35,024 bases of DNA from an uncultured Nitrospina sp. (GTDB lineage Bacteria > Nitrospinota > Nitrospinia > Nitrospinales > VA-1): positions 1-35,024 of the forward strand of contig CAZEBI010000004.1 in the NCBI GenBank assembly GCA_964510355.1, in the 5' to 3' direction. The position numbers and the translations under genes are program-made. Each line of letters opens with the position of its first letter. The first letter of the stretch is position 1. The notes below the pieces were generated by a model. That model was not told where the DNA came from and searched no databases. It worked only from the letters and a program-made list of their open reading frames with translations. This document shows positions 26,514-33,700 of this stretch, piece after piece.

Positions 26514-26730
26514 TGCTCCCCCCTTTCATAACTTTAATCTGCTCTTCTAATATTAGTATAAGCAATATGCAGGCCAAAAATGGTTGATAAAGGACTATTA
26601 TCTGCAAGTATATGCAAATAAAGACATTATTTTGCATTAAATGGTTTTAATATTATATCTGTGCGCTATTGTGGGTGATTATTGGCGCAATATGCGCAAT
26701 AGTGTATGAAAAATTGTTATTATGCGGGGT

Positions 26731-27762
26731 TTAAACCTGATTGATAGCTTCAATCAATTGATTGAGCCTGCCAAATCCCGATTTATCAAAATAAAAAGAT
26801 AGGCGGGGCAGTTCCAGGTGTTCTTTGTTTTTTAGTTCCTGTTTATGGGGTGGGGTGGGTTGCAGGGAGCCCTTCACAATAATATCCTGAAACTCGGCAT
26901 TTAATTTTTTCACGAAATCAGCGGGGAGGGATTGAGTGAGCCTGAGCACGGTCAGGTCTCCGACATAGCGCAGGGAGTGGAACACTTTGTAATAGTTGAG
27001 AATCTGGTCGATAGCCTCCTGGGCGGAGTGGGCTCTGTATACCAGGCTCAAATCACTCTGGCAGGCGAAGCCCTTTTTAACCACGACCGAGCTTATAAAG
27101 TCCATCCAACGGTCCCAGTAGTCGTCACCTTTATGACCCAGAAGGATAATAGGGCGGGGCATGCATTTCCCGGTCTGAAACAGGGTGAGGTTTTCGAAGC
27201 CTTCGTCCAGAGTCCCAAACCCCCCTGGCAAGAGGACGGTGGCAGAAGATTCTTTGATAAACACAAGTTTGCGCGTGAAAAAATACTTGAATTCCAGGAG
27301 GTGAGGGTCGTTTTCGATGAAGGCATTGGCCGCTTGTTCGTGCGGCAGTTTGATATTGAGTCCAAAGCTGTTTTCCCGTCCGGCACCCCGGTTTGCCGCC
27401 TCCATGATTCCTCCTCCGGCTCCGGTTATGACCTGATAGCCTTGCCGGGTCAACCCCTGTGCAAGCTCCAACGCCAGTTTATAATCGGGGTGAGAATCGT
27501 TAGTTCTACTGGAACCAAAAACCGCGACCTTGCGCTTGTCGCGATGGGGCAAAAACGTTGTCAGAGCCTCACGTAATTCGTGCAAGGCTTTATGGATGAG
27601 CTTATGATCGCCATGATCGGGATGTTCCCTTCCTATCAGCGCCAGGTCGGTAAACATGTCCTCAAATATTTTTGCTTTGGCATCAGGACCCATCAGCTGT
27701 GAAAGCTCCCGGATCAAAGCTTCAATGCGTGGATGATCGAGTTTTTTATTTTTAGGACTCAT
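26731..27762 (-). CDS. LOG-family (TIGR00730-type) Rossmann protein with N- and C-terminal extensions; nucleotide 5'-monophosphate nucleosidase-like
   Basis: 343 aa. VAVFGSSR...ITGAGGGIMEAANRGA...LLPGGFGTLDEGFE carries the PGGxGTxxE signature. About 75 aa N-terminal and about 95 aa C-terminal lie outside the core. Confidence 0.75.
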   Translation of the reverse strand: MSPKNKKLDHPRIEALIRELSQLMGPDAKAKIFEDMFTDLALIGREHPDHGDHKLIHKALHELREALTTFLPHRDKRKVAVFGSSRTNDSHPDYKLALELAQGLTRQGYQVITGAGGGIMEAANRGAGRENSFGLNIKLPHEQAANAFIENDPHLLEFKYFFTRKLVFIKESSATVLLPGGFGTLDEGFENLTLFQTGKCMPRPIILLGHKGDDYWDRWMDFISSVVVKKGFACQSDLSLVYRAHSAQEAIDQILNYYKVFHSLRYVGDLTVLRLTQSLPADFVKKLNAEFQDIIVKGSLQPTPPHKQELKNKEHLELPRLSFYFDKSGFGRLNQLIEAINQV

Positions 27763-27985
27763 ACGGATCTTTTCCCAAATAAGGTGTGGCGGATTAAAAG
27801 AACAATTCTAAAACAAAAAATAATGGAAGCAAATGTTTTCATACACCAGACAGAATTGCTACAATCACTGCGAGCCGGTGAGCCACCGGAGGCAGAGGGG
27901 CTTGATTGTGCCGAGACAACTCTTTGCTCGCCAGCAAAGGCTATTGCTAATAGGGTCCAGCGTCACGCTGGTAGAGGAATTTATT

Positions 27986-28183
27986 ATGAACGATAAAGTA
28001 CTTATTATTTCCATTTTCAGTTTGCTGGGCATAGGTATTGTCGCGGTGCTTTTCATCGCTGTGCCATGGCTTGTGAACTACGCCCTGCCAAACTGGAAGG
28101 ATTCACTTCTCGATAGCGGGATCGTAATGATAGCTATTGGTCTTTTTGTCTATGGGTTTTATATGAATACCAAAATGCATTGA
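27986..28183 (+). CDS. 65-aa two-TM membrane protein (paralogue 1)
   Basis: ATG 27986 is preceded by AGAGGA. MNDKVLIISIFSLLGIGIVAVLFIAVPWLVNY...IVMIAIGLFVYGFYMNTKMH. It has the same length and topology as the next ORF. Confidence 0.6.
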   Translation: MNDKVLIISIFSLLGIGIVAVLFIAVPWLVNYALPNWKDSLLDSGIVMIAIGLFVYGFYMNTKMH

Positions 28184-28201
28184 GCAAACGGGTTTCTGAC
28201 C

Positions 28202-28399
28202 ATGGACGAGAAAAAACTGATATTCATACTTGCCGGCATTTTGATATTTGGTTTTTTGTCCCTGTTCATCATAATCGTTCCCTGGTTCAACTGGGGGCGG
28301 ACTTCGGACTGGGGAGCGGTGGCTATCGATAACCTTCTGATGGGTCTTATTGGTGCCGCGATTGCCTATGGAATTTATATCGGCTCGAAAACCATGTAG
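28202..28399 (+). CDS. 65-aa two-TM membrane protein (paralogue 2)
   Basis: MDEKKLIFILAGILIFGFLSLFIIIVPWFNWG...LLMGLIGAAIAYGIYIGSKTM. It shares VPW, a central W, and the YG.Y..(T/S)K tail with paralogue 1. Confidence 0.6.
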   Translation: MDEKKLIFILAGILIFGFLSLFIIIVPWFNWGRTSDWGAVAIDNLLMGLIGAAIAYGIYIGSKTM

Positions 28400-28411
28400 C
28401 CGCCTCTTGGC

Positions 28412-28575
28412 AGGGAGACCTTTGCGTAAGTCGTCATTGCGAGCGAAGCGAAGCAATCCAGCGAAACTCTGGATCGCCACGCCGCTTTGCGGCTCGCGAT
28501 GACGATCTTGTGAGGTTTGATCTGTTATGTTTAAGAGCTATGATGAAAAATATCGAGTTATGCAAAGGTCTCCTT
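28412..28575 (+). mobile_element. MITE-like intergenic repeat family B, copy 1 (~160 bp, ~19-bp terminal inverted repeats, hairpin core)
   Basis: The ends are AGGGAGACCTTTGCGTAAG and GAGTTATGCAAAGGTCTCCTT, which are reverse complements apart from 2-3 mismatches. The core at 28432..28504 folds as CGTCATTGCGAGC...GCTCGCGATGACG, with an inner ATCCAG-cgaaact-CTGGAT stem. No coding capacity. A second copy lies at 31741..31971. Confidence 0.7.
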
Positions 28576-28637
28576 AGCATGGGAGGCAGATTGTAAAAGC
28601 TCGTCAAGCCGAGAGCATCGTTGCTAGCAAGAAAAAG

Positions 28638-29429
28638 CTATTGCCTGTTGGCCCCACGCCTAGTGGTTCTGAAAAAAACTACAGCAAAAATTCCCAGGCT
28701 GATCAGGGTTCCTACGCCTCCCAATACGATTTCCCCAATATAGAAGGTCACGCCAAGGTTAAAGATCAGCACGCCAAAATATAACCCGGGGCCCAGTAAA
28801 GCCTGGCCATAGACTTGATGTTGCGCCGTGAAGGGAATTTTTGTATCCAGCCAGCGATCGAGTACAGCAAAACACGACAGGGTCAGCCCCGCCACAAACA
28901 GCCAGCCGGCAAAATTAGTCAGCGGAATATGGAAATATTCTCCTACTTCCTCATAAAAATATATTTTTCCGAGAAACCAGCGGTCCCCCAAAAAGGCCAC
29001 CGGGTCAATGATGACATCGAGCAACATGCACAAGACACAGGCCGAGACAATGACTCGCGCTGAATGTTTGAGCGGCTGGATACTGCGGATATCCCAGCCC
29101 TTTTTTATACGAGGAGCCCAGAGCAAAAGGCTCACGGTATAACTGATATAAATCAAAAATGAAAACGACAAAGAATCCATGAACGGCACATTGCTGATCC
29201 ACAATTCCTGGTTGCGGGTGGTTTCAATATAGGTGTAATAGCCAAACGGAAATCCGTTGCGGGTGGAAGAGTATTCGCAGACAAATGCAACCAGATAGGC
29301 CAGCACGGTAAATAAAAGCGACCGGACGACACCCATATTGAGAATGGCAATCGTCAGGTAAAACGCGAGAAAAACGAATACATAGGGTCGCAGGATAACG
29401 GTGCCCCATAAAAGAGAAAGAGTTTCCAT
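28638..29429 (-). CDS. Polytopic membrane protein, DUF422 / 'carotenoid biosynthesis protein'-like
   Basis: I prefer ATG 29429 (METLSLLWGTVILRPYVF...), 4 nt after the upstream stop. The ORF-track start at 29567 would overlap the upstream gene by 134 nt. Motifs FPFGYYTY, PFMDSLSF, DPVAFLGDRWFLGKIYFY and IPLTNFAGW resemble that family as I recall it. Confidence 0.5.
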   Translation of the reverse strand: METLSLLWGTVILRPYVFVFLAFYLTIAILNMGVVRSLLFTVLAYLVAFVCEYSSTRNGFPFGYYTYIETTRNQELWISNVPFMDSLSFSFLIYISYTVSLLLWAPRIKKGWDIRSIQPLKHSARVIVSACVLCMLLDVIIDPVAFLGDRWFLGKIYFYEEVGEYFHIPLTNFAGWLFVAGLTLSCFAVLDRWLDTKIPFTAQHQVYGQALLGPGLYFGVLIFNLGVTFYIGEIVLGGVGTLISLGIFAVVFFRTTRRGANRQ

Positions 29430-29433
29430 TGGC

Positions 29434-30414
29434 TCAGCGATTTTCCTCAAACCAGCGCACAGCCTGGCCCAGGGCATTTTCGACCGGGTTTTGCGGCAGG
29501 CCCAGTTCTTTGACGGCTTTTGCGGCATCAAAATACATAAAATATTTTGCCATCTTGACCCCCGCAAGAGGAACGGCAGGCGGTCGGTGGGTGATATTGT
29601 CCGACGCCCATTCGCAAGCCAGTCCGGCGGTGTAGGCGACCCAATAGGGCATTTTTATCCGGGGTGCCGACAGTCCCGTCAAATTTTCTAAGGCCAGAAG
29701 GATAGCTTTCAAGGACATGTTCTTGTTGCCGAGAATATAGCGCTCACCAGGTCGGCCCTTTTCTTGTGCCAGGATATGTCCACGGGCGCAATCGGCAACG
29801 TCAATCAGGTTGAGCCCGGTATCAATGTATGCGGGCATCTTGCGGTCGAGAAAGTCGAGAATTATTTTTCCAGTCGGAGTGGGCTTGATATCCCGGGGCC
29901 CGACCGGGGTGCTGGGGTTGACGATGACTAGGGGAAGTCCTCGTGCAAACAATTCATGGGCGATTTGCTCGGCTTTATATTTCGACAATTTGTAGTCATT
30001 GCAAAGCGTTATCGGGTTCATGGGCTGGTTTTCATTGGCAGGAGAGCCATCTTCTGCCAGACCGATGCAACCCACGGTGCTGGTATAAACGACTTTCTCG
30101 ATACCCATTTCTAATGCGGATTCAAGAATGTTGCGGGTTCCCTGCACATTGATGTCGTAGATCAGTTTTTTGTCCCGGCTCCAAAGGCTGTAGTACGCCG
30201 CAGTGTGGTAGAGGGTTTTGCATCCGGCTAAAGCGGATTTTAAGGAATCTTGATCGCGCAAATCCCCGTATGCCACTTCGCAATCGAGGTCATCGATATT
30301 ACGTGTGTCGGTGTTTTTGCGCACCAGAAGTTTGAGGGTCCGCCCATCTTTGAGTAATTCCCGGGCGAGTGCGGAACCCAGAAAACCAGTGGCTCCTGTA
30401 ACCAGAGTGGTCAT
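29434..30414 (-). CDS. NAD-dependent epimerase/dehydratase, HpnA-like (hopanoid-associated sugar epimerase / dihydroflavonol-reductase-like subfamily)
   Basis: 326 aa. TTLVTGATGFLGSALAREL, YHTAAYYSLW, NVQGTRNILESA, VVYTSTVGCIG and catalytic YKLSKYKAE. Confidence 0.65.
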   Translation of the reverse strand: MTTLVTGATGFLGSALARELLKDGRTLKLLVRKNTDTRNIDDLDCEVAYGDLRDQDSLKSALAGCKTLYHTAAYYSLWSRDKKLIYDINVQGTRNILESALEMGIEKVVYTSTVGCIGLAEDGSPANENQPMNPITLCNDYKLSKYKAEQIAHELFARGLPLVIVNPSTPVGPRDIKPTPTGKIILDFLDRKMPAYIDTGLNLIDVADCARGHILAQEKGRPGERYILGNKNMSLKAILLALENLTGLSAPRIKMPYWVAYTAGLACEWASDNITHRPPAVPLAGVKMAKYFMYFDAAKAVKELGLPQNPVENALGQAVRWFEENR

Positions 30415-30477
30415 GTTATTTTATGGAAAATTTTCATGTTTGGTTTTATGCCTCGGGGGGTGCAGAGGATGTTTGCT

Positions 30478-30609
30478 CCCCCCTTGGCCCGCATATTGCG
30501 CGACCCCAGCCCCTTGTGATGTTCTCTTCATTAGCCCTCATGCCCCGAGAAGCGGGTACTTTGTAAAGAGGGGTCCATTAAAGCTCCCCCTTGATAAGGG
30601 GGGGATTGT
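30478..30609 (+). repeat. Intergenic repeat family A, copy 2 (carries an internal ~45-bp extra segment relative to copy 1)
   Basis: See copy 1. It contains the hairpin TCCCCCTT-gat-AAGGGGGA. The extra segment includes CATTAGCCCTCATGCCCCGAGA (30529..30550), which also occurs inverted inside family B copy 2 (31793..31814). Confidence 0.7.
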
Positions 30610-30622
30610 GAGAGGGTTGCCG

Positions 30623-31654
30623 TTAAATGAAGATCTGTATATCAGCTTTTTTCCCCAGGCCTTCCACATAGGTTTCGAAGAGGTTCCGGGTTTTCATTTT
30701 TAGCAGGAGGTTCATGATATCTGTTTTAGTTTCTGCAAAAGGGATCAATATGCTGGGAATAATTTCGTCAAGTTTGAGGATATGAAAGCCGAACTGGCTT
30801 TCGATGATACCGCTCGTTGCCCCTTCATGAAGTGTGACCATTTCCTTGCCGATTTCGGGGATGGTGGCATCCGGGTGGAGGTCACCGAGCAGTCCCCCTT
30901 TTTCTTTAGAGGCTTCATCCTCTGAAAAGCGCTGGGCCAACTGCGCGAAATCTTCACCTGCTTTTACTTTTTTGAGGAGTGAATTTATCTTTTCTTTTGC
31001 ATCTTCATGGATCATCCGGGTGAGACGCTCGGCTTTTTTCCGGCTGGCTTCATCTTCGGCTTCTCCAGCGGGTCCGAGGGTGGTTATATGAATATGACGC
31101 AATCGGTACAAGACAGGTTTGGTGAACTGGGCTTTGTTGCTATCGTAATATTTTTGGGGTTCTTCATCGCTGATCTTGACCTTCGGGGCTATTTCGAGTC
31201 GCATCAGTTCATCTTCAAGCAGGGTCCGGTATATTTTTTCTGTCAAGGAGGCAATGCTCATATGCTGAAACGCCAGTGCGGTGATAAATGATTTGTGATT
31301 GGGAAACTGGCCTTCGACATTTTTAAGCTGGAGGTCCACCTTTTCCTTTGTGATCGTGATGCCGAGGGATTCTGCTTTTTGCACTACCAGCTCATGGGCG
31401 ACTGCTGATTTTAGCAATTCACGGGCGATACTATGTTCATCAGCAGGTTTTATTTTCCTACCCCTTTGTTGGGTTTTAAAGCGAAAGGCAAAAAATTCCC
31501 GTTCCAGGGTTTTGGAATATAGGGGGACGCCGTTCACTTTGGCGACTATATTAGGAACGAATTTACCGTCGAGAGTAAAGGGTTGCTGAGTTTCTCCTGC
31601 AGTCACCAGGCTGGGGAGAAACAATAAAAATAGCAAAAGAGATTTAAATTTCAT
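30623..31654 (-). CDS. Periplasmic parvulin-type peptidyl-prolyl isomerase (SurA/PrsA-like)
   Basis: I prefer ATG 31654, because MKFKSLLLFLLFLPSLVTAGE looks like a signal peptide. The GTG 31714 extension is unlikely. The C-terminal rotamase block is RHIHI...GGLLGDL...FGFHILKL. Confidence 0.75.
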   Translation of the reverse strand: MKFKSLLLFLLFLPSLVTAGETQQPFTLDGKFVPNIVAKVNGVPLYSKTLEREFFAFRFKTQQRGRKIKPADEHSIARELLKSAVAHELVVQKAESLGITITKEKVDLQLKNVEGQFPNHKSFITALAFQHMSIASLTEKIYRTLLEDELMRLEIAPKVKISDEEPQKYYDSNKAQFTKPVLYRLRHIHITTLGPAGEAEDEASRKKAERLTRMIHEDAKEKINSLLKKVKAGEDFAQLAQRFSEDEASKEKGGLLGDLHPDATIPEIGKEMVTLHEGATSGIIESQFGFHILKLDEIIPSILIPFAETKTDIMNLLLKMKTRNLFETYVEGLGKKADIQIFI

Positions 31655-31740
31655 GAGACTTCGTGCATCCAAAAGAATAGGTTTTTCATTATACCCGATT
31701 GATGTTGAGACCACGGCAGAAACTATTTGGAGTCTCTACC

Positions 31741-31971
31741 AGGGAGGTCTTTGCGTGAGTTGATAAGGTAGAAAAATGCGATGCTTCTACCCCTGCGGGG
31801 CACGAAGGCTAATGAAAAATATCACGGCGGCTCAGCATGACAAATCAAGCCCGTCGTCTTCGCGAGTCGCAAAGCGGCGTGGCGATGCAGAGTTTCGCTG
31901 GATTGTTTCGCGGAGTCTGTATTGAGCGCAGCCGAAGTGCTCGCAAAGACGAGTTATGCAAAGGTCTCCTA
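31741..31971 (-). mobile_element. MITE-like intergenic repeat family B, copy 2 (~230 bp, inverted relative to copy 1)
   Basis: The ends are AGGGAGGTCTTTGCGTGAG and GAGTTATGCAAAGGTCTCCTA. The internal CGTCGTCTTCGCGAGTCGCAAAGCGGCGTGGCGATGCAGAGTTTCGCTGGATTG is the reverse complement of the copy-1 core, with a few mismatches. Confidence 0.7.
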
Positions 31972-31994
31972 TGAAGGAAGGGAAATATAAAGGC

Positions 31995-32025
31995 AAAAAA
32001 AAACCCCCGGCCCAAAGGCCGGGGG
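31995..32025 (-). terminator. Rho-independent terminator of the porin-like gene
   Basis: The minus strand reads CCCCCGGCC-tttg-GGCCGGGGG followed by T9. It begins about 16 nt after the stop at 32042. Confidence 0.85.
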
Positions 32026-32041
32026 TTCGAGAAAACCTAAC

Positions 32042-33493
32042 TTAGAACTTTACCATGAACTGCAAATAAGCCCAGTTCGCACCAGCTCCTCTAACATCCC
32101 GCAAACTTCTGAAGGCGGTGGTGGTGGTGAAGTTTGAGAAACCGAGGGTGATGTTGGTGTTGGCGTTGTACTTGTTGCTCAACGAAACATCCAACTCATT
32201 TCCCAGGGCATCGCCCACATTACCATCTGTAGTGATTGCATTGCGACTTCCAGAAACGCTTTCAGCGGTCCAGAACCAGTGGTAGTCGGCTTTTAAAGTC
32301 CAACCCGGCATCGGAGACAGCTTGGTTTTAATGGCCAGATCTTCCAGGCCTAAACCAGCGGTTCCACCAGCGGAGCCACCGCCACCAATACCGAGGAACA
32401 GATCCTGCAAGCCATAGAATTTATGACCGGTATCAAACAAAGTGTTGAAACTTTTGTACGTGGGGTTTGCACCATCAAGATCGGAATCAGACGTTCCTGA
32501 AAGGTAGTCATACCAGACCGTCAGGCCAGGCTTCATCGTTACATTTTTGAAGGTCTTGCCAACACGTATACCAAACATATAAGCGTCACGATCTACGGGA
32601 GTACCGGACGTAGGCGCACGACCTGTTGCTCCGCTTATACCAGCTGCCGTGGCATCCGCATCACCCCATTGGTAGTAATACTCAGCGCGGTAGTCAATGC
32701 CGTAGAGCTGACCAGCTTGACGAAAACCGAAATTATAAAGGTCATCGGCTAAGTTACCACAAACAGCAGTACCACCGCCGCTACCGCAACCATCTGATGT
32801 GTAAGAAAACGTGGTGCTGAGAGTGCCGCCGAGAATTCCCTGGTAGCTACCATAGATGACATGACTCTCAACATCATTGCGGTCGTTAATATTATTACCG
32901 ACCGGTGCCGCATCCTCTGCCGAATCAATGTAAAGATAGACGAGGCTCATATTGTCATGCTTGTGGGTCAGGCGAATCGCATCGTGAGCCTGCATACCCA
33001 TGGTCCAGATGGTGTTACCGAACAGACGATGTCCGTCCAGAATAACTTCCTGCCGACCCACCTGCAAATCAACAGGCAGGGTGGCGAAGTTTTTCAAAAC
33101 GAAATAGGCCTGATGGATACCCACGCTGGCATCCTGATCGTTGACTGAGCTGTCACCGTCACCGACAACGTTTGCGCTACTCGCTGTTGCATTACCACCA
33201 TCGGCACCCCAAGTGCGGTTGCTTTGCAGTTGGATGAACGCCGAGGTGCTGTCGTTAACTTTGATATTGGCATTGAGACGAATGCGTGACTGGATATAAT
33301 CATCCGCATCACTCGCGTCATCGAAGGCCCCGGTGAGAGCGGAGGTGGAGTTGTTGACCCCACCATGCTCGTTGCTCTCGAAACGACTCGTGATCTCGCC
33401 GCCGAAGGTCACATCGGCCGCCTGCGCAACCGTGGTTGCGGCAAAAAATGCCGTGACCATGAGAGCGGCTACAGTCAAAAAATTCTTTTTCAT
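32042..33493 (-). CDS. Outer-membrane beta-barrel (porin-like) protein
   Basis: ATG 33493 is preceded by GGAGGAG, so the TTG 33508 ORF-track start is actually the RBS. The signal peptide is MKKNFLTVAALMVTAFFAATTVAQA. Composition is Gly/Asp/Thr/Tyr-rich with alternating patterns, and the C-terminus is ...YLQFMVKF (terminal Phe). Confidence 0.7.
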   Translation of the reverse strand: MKKNFLTVAALMVTAFFAATTVAQAADVTFGGEITSRFESNEHGGVNNSTSALTGAFDDASDADDYIQSRIRLNANIKVNDSTSAFIQLQSNRTWGADGGNATASSANVVGDGDSSVNDQDASVGIHQAYFVLKNFATLPVDLQVGRQEVILDGHRLFGNTIWTMGMQAHDAIRLTHKHDNMSLVYLYIDSAEDAAPVGNNINDRNDVESHVIYGSYQGILGGTLSTTFSYTSDGCGSGGGTAVCGNLADDLYNFGFRQAGQLYGIDYRAEYYYQWGDADATAAGISGATGRAPTSGTPVDRDAYMFGIRVGKTFKNVTMKPGLTVWYDYLSGTSDSDLDGANPTYKSFNTLFDTGHKFYGLQDLFLGIGGGGSAGGTAGLGLEDLAIKTKLSPMPGWTLKADYHWFWTAESVSGSRNAITTDGNVGDALGNELDVSLSNKYNANTNITLGFSNFTTTTAFRSLRDVRGAGANWAYLQFMVKF

Positions 33494-33700
33494 ACTTTTC
33501 TCCTCCAAGTTTTGTTGATGACTAACTACTTTGTAAACTGTTTTATATTTCCAGCAAGTCCAAATACAATTTGCGCTTATTCAATACAATGCAACGAAAA
33601 TCCACATAAAATCCTAGGTAAAATACCACCAAACGAAATAAAAATCAACGGTTATTTAGCCTTTTCACTATATTTATGTGAAACCCGGGCCAGCGTCTTT

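Noticed and set aside
26932-27576. 214-aa plus-strand ORF
   Set aside because: It is a shadow ORF antisense to the LOG-family gene, which carries clear family signatures.
24849-27762. Pycsar/CBASS-type antiphage system reading of the CNB + LOG genes
   Set aside because: There is no nucleotide cyclase and no effector domain (TIR, TM pore, nuclease, patatin) fused to or next to the CNB domains. The LOG protein has the housekeeping-type PGGxGTxxE core. The idea is kept only as a remote possibility within the findings.
27833-27985. N-terminal extension making the first small membrane protein 116 aa
   Set aside because: The paralogue next door aligns from Met 27986 and both are then exactly 65 aa. 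AGAGGA precedes 27986. The extension overlaps a hairpin-rich region that is better read as a leader.
28103-28480. 125-aa minus-strand ORF (…GLLRFARNDDLRKG…)
   Set aside because: It runs antisense through both small membrane-protein genes and into the MITE-like repeat. The recognisable part of the peptide is just the translated repeat.
29430-29567. Extended start of the DUF422-like gene
   Set aside because: It would overlap the HpnA-like gene by 134 nt. The extension is basic and non-hydrophobic, whereas ATG 29429 sits 4 nt after the upstream stop and begins directly with a TM helix.
6842-31971. CRISPR array or prophage/genomic island boundaries formed by the repeats
   Set aside because: The repeats are two unrelated-length families with two copies each, tens of kb apart and in inverted orientation, with no regular spacing. 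No cas, integrase, transposase or tRNA genes are present.
33494-33508. TTG start giving MEEKSM… for the porin-like gene, and GTG 31714 for the PPIase
   Set aside because: The TTG GAG GAG codons are the GGAGGAG Shine-Dalgarno for ATG 33493. For the PPIase, ATG 31654 starts a typical signal peptide.
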